Shown here in pieces: positions 13,406-26,438 of a stretch of DNA of 64,000 nucleotides. Below the pieces are notes generated by a model, which made no database searches, had not been told where the DNA came from, and saw only the letters and a list, made by a program, of their open reading frames with translations. Positions within the stretch are counted from its first letter, which is position 1, and each line of letters begins with the position of its first letter. The DNA comes from Eledone cirrhosa. Taxonomy: Eukaryota. Location: contig OZ024747.1 in the NCBI GenBank assembly GCA_964016885.1, positions 9,362,001 through 9,426,000 of the forward strand, written 5' to 3'. Made by a program: the position numbers and the translations under genes.

Positions 13406-13719
13406 TAGATACATATATATATATATATTTATATTTATTAAATAACAGATTAAAGTTTAAGCAAAGAATCGCTGCTTTCACCCTTAACTGGATCTTCTGA
13501 AACTGGAGTTTCAGAAGATCCAGTTAAGGGTGAAAGCAGCGATTCTTTGCTTAAACTTTAATCTGTTATTTAATAAATATTTGCTCTACGGTTCTTATAT
13601 ATTTGATATATATTTATCCTTATCGAGCCCTCTTTGGATTTTAGTCTTCAATTTTATTATTATTACTATATTTATTTATATATATATGCGGGTGTGTATA
13701 TGAAAATACACAGAGAATT

Positions 13720-13890
13720 TGATTCGCAATCGATTCCAGGACCGGGCGATGCGTTATATCCTTGAGCAAGACACTTTATTTCACGTTGCTCCTTCTACCA
13801 GGAGTTGCGACCGATGGATAGTATTAGCAATTGGAAAGACCAATGGAAACATTGTTTCCCCGGTCCGATTTGACGAAAGTCGATCGACTG
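13720..13890 (+). mobile_element. SINE family 2 (CORE/V-like CCTTGAGCAAGACACT), 5'-truncated
   Basis: Homologous to 14577-14788 and 56624-56797. Confidence 0.88.
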
Positions 13891-14029
13891 TCGATATATA
13901 TCAAACTATAAGTCGAGGTAAAACTCTCTATCACCCCCTACAATCAAATAACCCAACGAACAAATTCCGAGCACTTTTTAAAACAGTAAGGAGGGAAATA
14001 TACATAAAAATGTGTGTTCTTCACCTTGG

Positions 14030-14153
14030 TGGTTTTGCACCAACACTGGGGCCCCTGAAAGGATAAACCATGATGTGGACCGAGGCGGGATTTAAACTCA
14101 AAACGCAAAGTCCCTGAACAAATAACCAACACTTTAATGACTAAATCGACCAC
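14030..14153 (-). mobile_element. Diverged tRNA-derived SINE-like element
   Basis: Minus strand GAGTTTAAATCCCGCC B-box-like motif followed by TTTATCCTTTCAGGGGCC. Confidence 0.5.
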
Positions 14154-14155
14154 CG

Positions 14156-14200
<45 letters not shown>

Positions 14201-14201
<1 letters not shown>

Positions 14202-14265
14202 AAATCCCCGGCATGTCTTTGTATTGTCCCCTTTCTTGTTGCGCCCTTGTGGCTAATAAAGAAAT
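14201..14265 (+). mobile_element. Short LINE-like 3' end with AATAAA, inserted in (CTAT)n; inverted homolog at 58082-58149
   Basis: GTCTTTGTATTGTCCCCT...GCCCTTGTGGCYAATAAA in both copies. Confidence 0.65.
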
Positions 14266-14290
14266 CTATCTATCTCTCTATCTATCTATA

Positions 14291-14394
<104 letters not shown>

Positions 14395-14395
14395 A

Positions 14396-14535
14396 TGTAT
14401 CAGGGCTTCCTGATGATTTCTTCCGAATGAAACAGTTCTAGTCCTGTAGAAGCCATTTCTATATTAAATATTTATAATCTGTATTTATTGAGTACCTTAC
14501 TTACTGTGGTTACACCCGATTGAACCTGGGATATA
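14396..14535 (+). mobile_element. Family J element with HHR-like core; others at 37540-37708, 45058-45152, 45929-46056 and 56552-56607
   Basis: CTGATGA-TTTC-ttcc-GAAT-GAAAC-agttcta-GTC at 14410-14443; stem I is atypical. Confidence 0.75.
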
Positions 14536-14540
14536 CATAT

Positions 14541-14574
<34 letters not shown>

Positions 14575-14576
14575 TA

Positions 14577-14788
14577 GTCGATCGACTTTCGTCAAATCGG
14601 ACCGAGGAAACTATGTTTCCGTTGGTCTTTCCAATTGCTAATACTATCTATCGGTCGCAACTCCAGGTAGAAGGAGCAACGTGAAATAAAGTGTCTTGCT
14701 CAAGGACATAACGCATCGCCTGGTTCAGGAATCGAACTCACAACCTCACGATTGTGAATCCAATACTCTAACCACTCAGCCACACGCT
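14577..14788 (-). mobile_element. SINE family 2, full length, tRNA-derived head
   Basis: A box TGGCTGAGTGG, B box GAGTTCGATTCC, then GTCCTTGAGCAAGACACT. Confidence 0.92.
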
Positions 14789-14905
14789 ATATATATATTA
14801 ATAAAAGGAATTCCAACTTTGTCTGATTAACTCGTTTTATTTACAATCCGTTAAAATTATAATGATATTATAATGAAATAGTATGGTAGAATATTAAATG
14901 TTAAT

Positions 14906-14944
14906 TGAACAAGTACTTTCATGCTTTCGCAATCTTCAGGTTCA
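14906..14944 (-). ncRNA. Minimal type I hammerhead ribozyme in the PLE pseudo-LTR (family K)
   Basis: TGAAC CTGAAGA T-TGC-gaaa-GCA-T GAAA G-TA-C TT GTTCA; stem III region is the palindrome AAGTACTT. Confidence 0.88.
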
Positions 14945-15007
14945 TATTCAGTGGTGACAGTCAAGTTTGCAATTTTCGACTGTAATGAGAAGGCTAAAAT
15001 GTGTGCC

Positions 15008-15104
15008 TTATATACAGTAAAAAGGGGCTACAGACTGCTAAGTTTTGCAAACTGTATTTCGACTAATCGCTGTGTGGTTTCACTAGATTACTAAAGCTGA
15101 TTGG
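15008..15104 (-). promoter_or_regulatory. Putative pseudo-LTR promoter (CCAAT box and TATA box)
   Basis: Minus strand AACCAATCAG (CCAAT at 15100-15104) and TATATAA (15008-15014) upstream of the HHR. Confidence 0.55.
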
Positions 15105-15352
15105 TTTAGGCGTCACGGCTGGTTGAACATGTCCAACGACTTCTATTTGACCCTATCCAAAGCATTAATTGTTTTGCTATTTTTAGAAATGATGAAAATA
15201 GCATTTTATAGGGTTTTTATAAAAAAATCTTCAGTAATCATCACTATCAACATCACTTTTATTATTATTATTGTTGTTGTTGTTGTTAGTGGTGGTAGTC
15301 GAGATGGCCGTAGGCGTAGTCATAGTAGAAGTAATACCCCTAAGCATTATTA

Positions 15353-17560
15353 TTATTCATTCAGCTTGGGTTGAAATTTATCAATAAAATTCTTTTCTTT
15401 AATTTTTCTCTTGATTTCACTTGGGCTGTGTAGTTTGTAGAATGGAAATATTATAAACATTTTCTGAGCACATGTTGCTAGATGGTTACTCAGGGGTATC
15501 TTACGGACTTTTGGGTCTCTGATTTGTTGTCGGTGCACCCGTGCACGTTCCGATAGTGCATTTCCAGTTTGACCGACATATAGTTCTTCACAATCCGGGT
15601 ATTTAATGCAGTAAATTAGATTTCTGCTTTTGCAGTTCATATTTGCATTTGGGAATATTTTTCCAGTTTTTGTGTTCATATATTGACCAGTATGTATGAA
15701 CTGACATGTGTCACATCGACTATCATTTCATTTAGATACAGTGAATGATTGGTCTTTGTTGTTAAGGTCAAATTTTGCCTTTGTTAGTAATTGCTTCAAA
15801 TTTTTCGGCTGTCTTTTACTAAGAGTCAAAGCTCGATCTGTGATTAAACCTTTTAATTCATTACTTTGAGCAATGATCGGTAGGCTTGTTTTGGAAGTGT
15901 TGGAGATATTCTGGTGACATGGGTTGTGTGTCATTATAAATGGTATGACCAGTTCTTGGTTTCTTCTTCCTTGGGTTGTCCTAAGTTGTTGTATAGGTAT
16001 TTTTATAGCCCGCTGTATGCCATTTTCTATAAGTAGAGATGGGTATTTTTGTTTGAGCAAAAATTCTCTCAGTTCTGTTAGGCGTTTGTTCCTGGTATTT
16101 GTATCTTCTACAATGGTACAAATTCTTCTGGTTAAGCAGTATGGGGTGTTGCGTTTTGTATGAGGTGAATGGCACGACTTAAAATTCAGATATTGATGGG
16201 TGTCTGTGTGTTTATAGTATATATCCGTGGTAATGGTGGTGTCGTTTTTCATTACCATTATATCTAGGAATGGTAATTTGGTACTACTCATCTCTTTTGT
16301 AAATTGGACAGATGGGTGTAGGTTATTCAGAGTATCTAGAGATTCTGTCCAGATGATGAAACAGTCGTGAAGGTTAATCTTCCAAGACTTTTCAATGTAC
16401 TTTCTAAAGTCAGTACTATATTTTTCCTCTATTTCTTGGTAGAGTTGTTGTTCTAAGTATCCCATTACAAAGTTCGCGTAAACGGGAGCAAACTTCGTTC
16501 CCATCGCTGTGCCTCTAATTTGGATGTAATTCTTTCCATTGAAGAAGAATGTGTTGTTTTCCAGAATAAGTTTGACTGCATTTAATATAAATGGCGCTGT
16601 GAATCTGGTTGGAATCACTTCTCTATGTTTTTCCACCCAGTATTTAACCGCTTTTATTCCTAAATCATGTGCAATGTTGGTGTAAAGGCTTACCACATCA
16701 AAACTAAGTAGAAGTGAATTCGTTTCCGTGGTTTTGGGAACATGGGAGAGGAAGTCGATATCATCCCGGATGAAACTGGGTATGTGAATACATAGTGGTT
16801 TCAAAATAATGTCAACAAAATTGCTTAGACGGTGGGTAGGGCATGTTGGACAGCTATAATATGTCTAAGTTTTAAGTCTTTTGGGTGTAGTAATTTAATG
16901 TACTCACTGTTTTGTTCTTTTACTGCCAGTTGGATTTCTTTTGACTTATGAATTTTCGGCAAGCCATACAGGTTGCTGGGTTTTGGCTCAAAATTGGTGA
17001 TGTAGTCTCTTTCCTTATCAGTAAGTGAGTTGTGGTATTTTGAAGCCAGGTTGTTGATCTTCTTCATGATGTTGTGGTCTATATTTGACGGTATTTCATG
17101 GTAGAATGTTGTGTCTTTCAGTTGTTCCTCAACCAAATCTTTGTAGTTTCAGTATCCATTATAACAATTACACCCCCTTTATCTGCTTGTTTAATTATTA
17201 TTGTTTTATCATTTTGTATACGTTTAAGTGCAGACATTTCCGATTTGTTAATGTTTGGCCTAACATTAGTATTACGTCTAAGAGGAAATTTAGACAGGAT
17301 GTCAACGTATTGGTCGAGATAGGTATTTCTTCCTTTTGGCGGAGTGAAATTTGATTTATTCTTTACTAGTGATTCATCACTCTCATTACTTTTATCAGCG
17401 AAGAATTCTACAAGTCCTGATTTACGACAGAATTCTTGGGTATCCTCCTTTAGTTCTTGGTGGTTGACTGTTGGAGTCGGTGTGAATTTCAGTCCTTTTG
17501 ATAGAATTTGCATTTCATCATTGTCAAGATCTCTTTTGGATAAATTAATTATTTTAGGAT
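15353..17560 (-). pseudogene. PLE reverse transcriptase plus GIY-YIG endonuclease ORF, with two frameshifts and one in-frame TGA
   Basis: LSKGLKFTPTP, IIIKQADKGG, LYGLPKIHK, SFDVVSLYTNI, GTAMGTKFAPVYAN, degenerate YxDD (INLHDCF), LPFLDI, RCDTC, NLIYCI..LYVGQT..RARVH. Confidence 0.95.
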
Positions 17561-18284
17561 CTACGTGTTCAGTTGTTTTGGGTATGTTTCCTCCTGGAGT
17601 TTTTCTTTTTCCGGTTTTTGTTGTCCTGACGTTAAAAAATGGATTTTTCTCTGTTCAGGATTTATATTCCTGTTGGTGTTTGTTTGATGAACTTTTGGTC
17701 GTGATATTATACTTAGTTTCGTTATGTTTTTGTCCTATTTTTGGTATTATGTATATTATTTTTCCATTTCTTGTTAGCATTATTTATGGGGTCGACTGTT
17801 ACATGGATATTACTTTTGAGGGACTTTAAAGTACCGTATCAGTAGCAGAAGCCCAACTGATCTCTGACTGAATATATAAAAATTCACTGAATTACAGTAA
17901 TATTACCCATACTCTGCATCAAAACATATGTCTTAGGCATAGGTTTGAGCAAAGTTTTAGTTTCACACATGTATTTGTAATGATATAAAGTTGCCTTAAA
18001 TTCATGACAATCTTGTAACAGTGTTGTTTCTACGTACAGGATGATACCACAAATGTTGACAATACAGTATAAGTATATAAGACAATAAGTATAAAGAAAG
18101 TGTTCCATTGCAGAACTGCTATAAAGATAGTTTATAAAATAGGGTGAAGACCCTTAAATGACGGAAAAAAAGTTGCCATTGTGCGTTTGGGATTTTCTAA
18201 GAATTTCCAACGCTCCGATATTTTCGATATATATATATTTATATATGCACGAGGGTGAGTCATTAATTGTCTGTATTACATTTA

Positions 18285-18636
18285 AATGAAGTAATTCCGT
18301 CGGAAAGGTCCAGGAAAAAAGAGTGCTCTATGTAGGTTACAGAGCTTATTAGTTATGTAATAAACAACATAAGATAATTATTTCATTTACCAGTGGTTTC
18401 TTGAAAGCAAACAAATCTGCTTTCAGTCATTAGAATGAAAAAATCCTCGTGTTTTTATTGAATGTGGATTTGAAAACAAAAATATAAGAAATATTTCTTA
18501 TATTTTTGTTTTCAAATCCACATTCAATAAAAACACGAGGATTTTTTCATTCTGATGACTGAAAGCAGATTTGTTTGCTTTCAAGAAACCACTGGTAAAT
18601 GAAATAATTATCTTATGTTGTTTATTACATAACTAA
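18285..18636. mobile_element. Family I fold-back HHR element with 13-bp target-site duplication; second copy at 31320-31623, related family I2 at 37808-38060
   Basis: TGTATTACATTTA at 18272-18284 and 18637-18649; palindrome centred at 18492/18493 with arms about 145 bp. Confidence 0.93.
18545..18604 (+). ncRNA. Type I hammerhead ribozyme (family I)
   Basis: TTTCATT CTGATGA c-TGAAAGCAGA-tttg-TTTGCTTTCA-a GAAA CC-act-GG TA AATGAAA; GUA triplet. Confidence 0.85.
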
Positions 18637-18786
18637 TGTATTACATTTATGTTGTTTGGTTTCTATTGGCGAGAATACCAGATGCGTGCGCATCACTAGG
18701 CGTGGAAATCCTCAAGTCAGTACGAGGTACGAGGAAGGATTGAACTCGAAACGTCAATTTAGCTGTTTTTATTATTACAGTTATCA

Positions 18787-18974
18787 GGGGCCGTGGATTG
18801 GCAGTATCAGTAGAGCGTCGGACACCATGCTTTGACGCATAGAGTTACGGCACTTGCCATTCTGAGTTCAAATCCCGCCGAGGTTAACTTTGCCTTTCAT
18901 CCTTACGGGGTCGATAAAATAAAGTACCAGTGGTGCACTGGGTGATTGCTGGCCTTGTGCCAAACGTAGAAACA
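18787..18974 (+). mobile_element. SINE family 1, full length, 16-bp TSD
   Basis: A box TGGCAGTATCAG, B box GAGTTCAAATCC, Meta/Sauria-like core GCCTTTCATCCTTACGGGGTCGATAAA; TSD ATTATTACRGTTATCA at 18771 and 18975. Confidence 0.93.
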
Positions 18975-19470
18975 ATTATTACGGTTATCATGATCGTTTC
19001 ACCCTCTGTTTGTTCCAGTGTTTAATTATCCGTTTTCTATGGGTTGGTGTTGTCTCAGGGTTGAAATCCATCGAAGGTTTTCAGCATTGTATGGCAGCAA
19101 TATTTTGACTCTACTGGCTGCCTGCGAATGGATTGAAAACTTGGAAAAGGTTTGTATATCTGTAAGATTTGAAGAGGAAGCCGGACGGTGGATCACGTCT
19201 TATGTTTCTATATAACATTGAACGTATCCTTGATATGGTCCAGTTGTAGAGAAGAGTGGGAGGAGGGGGGTATTGATGAAGTGGCAAGTAACATGCAAAT
19301 TAGTTATAGTTCTGTCTATGAAATCATCACAACACACTCGGCCATGGCTTCCGTAATAACGACAACTTAATTGATGTTTCATGTTGAAATCTGAAGTATA
19401 GTGATAAGAGAGAGAGAGAGAGAGAGAGAGAGCTACAAGGTCTTGCGATGTGCAAGAATTTTTGCACGCG

Positions 19471-19517
<47 letters not shown>

Positions 19518-19547
19518 CGCACACACATACATGTGTGTGTATGTAAA

Positions 19548-19805
19548 GGCGCGTGGCTTAACGGAGAGAGTGTTCGGCTTACGTTCGTAAGGTGGCGAGT
19601 TCGATTCCCAGACCGGGTGGAACATGAGATCTTTTTTCTGTTGCTCAAGTCCAATCGGGGTTGCATCCGTAATTCAAGGTGCTAGACCTGTCACACATCA
19701 CGACACACTGAATCTCCCTGAGAATAACGTTAGGAGTGCACATGTCTGTGGGATGTTCAGGTGGAATCAACCGGAACACTCGTTGCCGGAAACGACGGAA
19801 ATCCA
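19548..19805 (+). mobile_element. tRNA-derived SINE (family 2-related variant); related copy at 60780-60990 (-)
   Basis: GGCGCGTGGCTTAACGG...GAGTTCGATTCC; shared CTGAATCTCCCTGAG. Confidence 0.75.
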
Positions 19806-19844
19806 ACACACACACACACATGTATGTATGTCTGTATGTGTGTA

Positions 19845-20024
19845 ACTGTTTATACTTTTGGCACAAGGCCAGCAATTACCCAGTACATTACTGGTACTTT
19901 ATTTTATCGACCCCGTAAGGATGAAAGCAAAGTTAAGCTCGGCGGGATTTGAACTCAGTCCGTAAAGGGACGTAACTGTGCTGCAAAGCATGGCGTTATA
20001 CCCTCTACCGATACTGCCAATCCA
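19845..20024 (-). mobile_element. SINE family 1
   Basis: Full reverse-complement match to the other copies. Confidence 0.92.
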
Positions 20025-20183
20025 GAAGGAGGTGTGGTAAGGAACCAGATAGACCATAACGCACCAGAGTACTCAATACTTGGGGTAGTAAAGTGGGTAA
20101 TAGGAAAATGTTTAACCCCGACGGCAGAGCTCAAGCCGTTTCGACGACTATTTCTGGACTCTGTCGTCGGGGTTAACCATTTT

Positions 20184-20261
<78 letters not shown>

Positions 20262-20262
20262 A

Positions 20263-20325
<63 letters not shown>

Positions 20326-20694
20326 AAAATGTTTAACCCGACTGCAGAGTCCAGAAATAGCCGTCGAAACGGCTTGAGCTCTGCCGTCGGGGTTAAACAT
20401 ATATATATATATATATATATATAAACGGAAAGAATGAAACGAAATTTCATTTCTCACTCTTAGTACGGCTGTTACTTAAATATAAGTATGTATACGTACA
20501 TACATATATGTATACAGTCGTACAGTAGTATGTATATATACATACATGCACACATATATATATGTACGTATGGATTCACCGAACATTTATTATAATGCTC
20601 GGTGGATTTGTAAACAAACATCCCGAATTAAGCCGAACAGTGTCTAGCAACCACCGTTGCTCATTTGTTCAACACTGACAAATACGTATATATA

Positions 20695-20885
<191 letters not shown>

Positions 20886-20893
20886 TTATCTAT

Positions 20894-21100
20894 CTAAGGC
20901 GGGTAAAATTCCCGAGATCCATGGACGAGTTCTCTCCAGCGGTCTCTGTCCCTCATTATCGCTGCCATATCCTGCATCTCCAACAGACCAGTGTCTGTCC
21001 TTAGGGCATCAACATATGTTAACCTTGGTCTTCCTCTTCTAGTGTGTCCATGTAGGGGCTCCCAAAGGAGCACTGAGTGCAATGTCAACTCTGGATGTGG

Positions 21101-21103
<3 letters not shown>
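20894..21103 (-). mobile_element. RTE-like LINE extreme 3' fragment
   Basis: VLLWEPLHGHTRRGRPRLTYVD...MRDRDRWRELV. Confidence 0.85.
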
Positions 21104-21143
<40 letters not shown>

Positions 21144-21147
<4 letters not shown>

Positions 21148-21547
21148 AGATCAAAAGATGGTTAAAGGAGTTCCATATATTTTATTATGCGCATTTCAAA
21201 AACAAACATCATCAAACAATAATATTTGTGTTTTCATCAGATAAAACAGGAGAACATGATATGAAGGCTAAAAAACACTTGTTGATAGTGCAGTTTTAAA
21301 TCAACATATCCTGCACTATCAACAAGTGTTTTTTAGCCTTCATATCATGTTCTCCTGTTTTATCTGATGAAAACACAAATATTATTGTTTGATGATGTTT
21401 GTTTTTGAAATGCGCATAATAAAATATATGGAACTCCTTTAACCATCTTTTGATCTTATATTATGCATACTCCAGTCCCACAAACTGTAGAGTGCTTCTT
21501 ATCCGATATCTGCATTGCTTTATTGTACTACAATAAAACTCACCTCC

Positions 21548-21551
<4 letters not shown>
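21144..21551 (+). mobile_element. Family H fold-back HHR element; longer minus-strand copies at 24799-25210 and 39521-40315
   Basis: 21144-21292 is inverted relative to 21311-21463; 3' end AATAAAACTCACCTCCTAC also at 40296. Confidence 0.92.
21356..21426 (+). ncRNA. Minimal type I hammerhead ribozyme (family H)
   Basis: TGTTTTAT CTGATGA (21364), stem II, GAAA (21407), T-GCGC-A, TA, ATAAAATA; palindromic TGCGCA. Confidence 0.85.
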
Positions 21552-21589
<38 letters not shown>

Positions 21590-21777
21590 AACCAGTAAGA
21601 CCCCGACAGCTGAGCTCAAGCCGTTTCGACGGCTAATTCTGGACTGAATTAGCCGTCGAAACGGCTTGAGCTCAGCTGCCGGGGTCTTACTGGTTCCTAT
21701 TACCCACTCTACTACCTCAAGTATTGAGTACTTTGGTGCGTTATGGTCCACCTGGTTCCTTACCACATTTCCTTCGT

Positions 21778-21808
<31 letters not shown>

Positions 21809-21884
21809 ATAATAAATGTTTCAGAAGATACCGTTAAGGACTTTAATCTGTTTTAATAAAAACAAAAAAATATATATATATATG

Positions 21885-21935
<51 letters not shown>

Positions 21936-22103
21936 GTGAGGTTTCTTTTACAAAATGAAAAATAATCGAGGTGTCCTACACGAGTGAAAGTATAAAGAAA
22001 AGAAGATGAAATCGAAAATGCAACTGGAGTCTTTTTAGAAAAAAAAAAAAAATTATTTGGTTCCTTTACCGGTTTCGAGTTGAGATGGAGGGTCTGTGGT
22101 TTT

Positions 22104-22141
<38 letters not shown>

Positions 22142-22200
22142 GTACATACATATATTATATATATGTATATATATATATATACATATATATAATATATGTA

Positions 22201-22240
<40 letters not shown>

Positions 22241-22416
22241 TATAGATATATATATGTATATATATATGGATATATATATATATATATATATATAGATAGA
22301 TATATATAGATATATATATATAGAGATAGATAGTGCAAACAATTAAGTAAGAGCCTCAGTTTGCCGTTAGAACTCTGCTATATATATATATATATATATG
22401 CGTATATATATATATA

Positions 22417-22621
<205 letters not shown>

Positions 22622-22747
22622 ATAAATGGAAACTATATTTATAAAACCATATCTATTTCATTATATATATTTCAGGGATATCATATTAAAAATATGCTAT
22701 GCCTTCCTCAGACAAAATACAATATAAACAGTTAACTGTTTATATTG

Positions 22748-22813
22748 TATTTTGTCTGAGGAAGGCATAGCATATTGTTAATATGATATCCCTGAAATAT
22801 ATATAATGAAATA
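22748..22813 (+). ncRNA. Minimal hammerhead ribozyme (family B, CTGAGGA); identical motifs at 29434-29499 and 44015-44080
   Basis: Same fold as 7764-7829, with stem II closed by AGG/CCT. Confidence 0.82.
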
Positions 22814-22942
22814 GATATAGTTTTATAAATATAGTTTCCATTTATTTAATATTGTAAATATACTCCAAATATTTGTCGAGTGCTTTTATATCAGTTATAA
22901 ATATTTACTAGTTGTAACCCAACAATTTAAATATAACTTTCC

Positions 22943-22991
<49 letters not shown>

Positions 22992-23044
22992 CATGTATAT
23001 ATATATATAAAGTATTTCCGTAGAAAAGGTAAAGGAAAGAAGAG

Positions 23045-23124
<80 letters not shown>

Positions 23125-23209
23125 GACGGCAGAGCTCAAGCCGTTTCGACTGCTATTTTAAAATAGCCATCGAAACGTCTTGAGCTCTGCCTTCGGGGTC
23201 ATACTTTTT

Positions 23210-23250
<41 letters not shown>

Positions 23251-23254
<4 letters not shown>

Positions 23255-23360
23255 CATTATAAATTTTAAAGGATTGTAAATAAAACGAGTAAATCAGACA
23301 AAGTTGGAATTCCTCTTATTAATATAATCTTCTATACACAATCATACACACCCGTGTATA
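23251..23360 (+). mobile_element. Family K solo pseudo-LTR 3' end
   Basis: Matches the reverse complement of 14797-14870. Confidence 0.88.
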
Positions 23361-23384
23361 TTTCTCTCTCTCTCTCTATATATA

Positions 23385-23511
<127 letters not shown>

Positions 23512-23769
23512 GTGTAGAACCGGAGTTCAATGGGGAATATATCCGAGATGATATCACGTGAAATAGTCAATGATGATTGTGGAGTAGGAATTTTTGCTTC
23601 AGTTAGGATTTTTAGGATATTGAAGGGAAGGTCGACTAATGAAAGCTTAGACTGAGTGTAGGTATGTTACGGTAGACAACAACACATATCAGGTGGATAT
23701 ACTTACACATATATATATATATGTATCTATATGTATGTATATATATATCCATATGTATGTATATATATC

Positions 23770-23810
<41 letters not shown>

Positions 23811-23869
23811 CTATATGTATGTATATATATATCCATATGTATGTATATATATATATGTATGTATGTATG

Positions 23870-23985
<116 letters not shown>

Positions 23986-24003
23986 TATAGATACATATAT
24001 ATG

Positions 24004-24091
<88 letters not shown>

Positions 24092-24106
24092 TAGATACAC
24101 ATACAC

Positions 24107-24188
<82 letters not shown>

Positions 24189-24270
24189 TTATATATATAC
24201 ACATATATATATATAGATTTACATATATATATATATATATAGAAAGAGAGAGAGGGAGAGAGAGAGAGTG

Positions 24271-24301
<31 letters not shown>

Positions 24302-24306
24302 GTACG

Positions 24307-24341
<35 letters not shown>

Positions 24342-24411
24342 GTATATATATACATATATATATATACATATATATACATATATATATAATATATGTACGT
24401 ATATATATATA

Positions 24412-24692
24412 AATAAAAGGAATTCCAACTTTGTCTGATTTACTCATTTTATTTACAATCCTTTAAAATTTATAATGGTATTATAATGAAATAGTATGGT
24501 AGAATATTAAATGTTAAGTGTTAATTGAACAAGTACTTAACATTTAATATTCTATCATACTATTTCATTATAATACCATTATAAATTTTAAAGGATTGTA
24601 AATAAAACGAGTAAATCAGACAAAGTTGGAATTCCTTTTATTAATATAATCTTCTATACACAATCATACACAATCATACACACCCGTGTATA
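24412..24692 (+). mobile_element. Family K fold-back pseudo-LTR
   Basis: Inverted arms meet at AAGTACTT (24531-24538); homologous to 14797-14918. Confidence 0.9.
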
Positions 24693-24736
24693 TTTATCTA
24701 TCTCTCTCTATATATATATAAATATATATGTGTGTA

Positions 24737-24803
<67 letters not shown>

Positions 24804-25458
24804 AGATCAAAAGATGGTTAAAGGAGTTCCATGTATTTTATTATGCGCATTTCAAAAACAAAAATCATCATGCAATAATATTTGTGTTTTCATCAGATAA
24901 AACAGGAGAACATGATATGAAGGCTAAAAAACACTTGTGGATAGTGCAGTTTTAAATCAACATATGAAAAGTGGTTTTAGATTGATGTGTGATATTGGGA
25001 AAAAAATATTTTATTTAGAGAGGGGGGGGGGTTGGAAAGGATGAAAAGGGAAGGAGATGAGAGGGAGAGATGGGTGATAGAGAGAAAGAGATAGTTTTTA
25101 TAACTGAGAGGAGATATATTTTTTACATAGAGAGGTTGAAAACCGTTGGAAGATACTGTATAAATTAAAAATTTTGAAAATTAACGAAGGGAGGATATGT
25201 GCGAGGAAAATATATATATATATATATATAATATATATATATATAATATATGTACGTATATAATATATATATATATAATATATGTACGTATCTATATAAT
25301 ATATATATAAATATATATATATGTATAATATATATATATATAAAATATTTATATACGTACATATATATATATATATGTACGATATATATATATATTTATA
25401 TATATACATATATATATATATACAAATAAATATATAATATATATACATATATATATGC

Positions 25459-25514
<56 letters not shown>

Positions 25515-25865
25515 TTAATGGGATAACTTTAATTTATTAATAGATTATTATAAACCTCAGTTAAAAGACTGAAGAGAATAAAATAATTCTAATATTTTGA
25601 GCCGGGACTGATACAATTGTCGCACCCCGCCACCCAAATAAAACGCGACATTCTTCGTCAGCCAGATTTAGAAAAGAAGCAGCTTTTGTAGGTATTTCAT
25701 AATTTCTTTTACCGAAAAATACAACGTCTGAATGTATGTATGGTCTACCGTTTGGAATGAGTGGCGTCCCGAATCGGATGGAATGAAGGAAAGATCGTTT
25801 TGGACTTGGTTAAGGTAAACATATGTCACAGGAGTGAACCATTTAGGAAAGAAAATTAAGTCAGG

Positions 25866-25920
<55 letters not shown>

Positions 25921-26187
25921 AGATAAATCTACCAAAAGTTTACGGTAGTGTCCAATCCGTATGAAGAACTCAATGTAATCTGGATGTCTGAAGACAGATT
26001 ATTTCTGAAGACAGCATATATATGTGTAGGTATGTATATTCCCTCTGATAGTTTGTATAAATATTGTACATAGATCTATAGAATATGCATACCAACTCTA
26101 ACACATATATATCCTAGAAACGATCGTAAAATGATGAATTTTTTTAAATATAAGGCACTGTTTCTTTGTTTATTCATTATTTTATTA

Positions 26188-26272
<85 letters not shown>

Positions 26273-26274
<2 letters not shown>

Positions 26275-26349
26275 AGTTGTCGCCAAAACATGTATACACA
26301 CTTCAACAACATTCTGATAAATATGTGTACACATTTTTAGGACAACCTG
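26273..26349. mobile_element. Tiny Tc1-like MITE relic
   Basis: Imperfect TIRs CAAGTTGTCGCCAAAACATGTATACACA / TGTGTACACATTTTTAGGACAACCTG. 26321-26367 is also duplicated in inverted form at 26710-26757. Confidence 0.55.
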
Positions 26350-26438
26350 AATCCATGCTGATATTTGCATATGTGGTTACACAACAGTTAGTTCACCATA
26401 CCGAAACAATTGCCTCACGTTAGCGGATCCTCATATAA

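Larger units (their letters stand above)
14797..17800 (-). mobile_element. Penelope-like retroelement (C-terminal EN type, Neptune/Nematis-like), decayed; 5' boundary approximate
   Basis: RT, Cys linker and GIY-YIG, followed by a 3' pseudo-LTR with HHR that ends at (TA)n. Confidence 0.93.
18249..19370 (+). mobile_element. Old mariner relic interrupted by a family I element and a SINE
   Basis: TIR-like CGAGGGTGAGTCA at 18250; degenerate transposase N-terminus EIHRRFSALYG..CEW and IDEVASNMQISYSSVYEII. Confidence 0.65.

Noticed and set aside
14715-14788. Possible tRNA gene
   Set aside because: A and B boxes are present, but the sequence continues into a multi-copy SINE body, so it is a SINE head.
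18730-18760. ACGAGGA...CGAAACGTC hammerhead-like remnant
   Set aside because: Core and stems are too degenerate to call.
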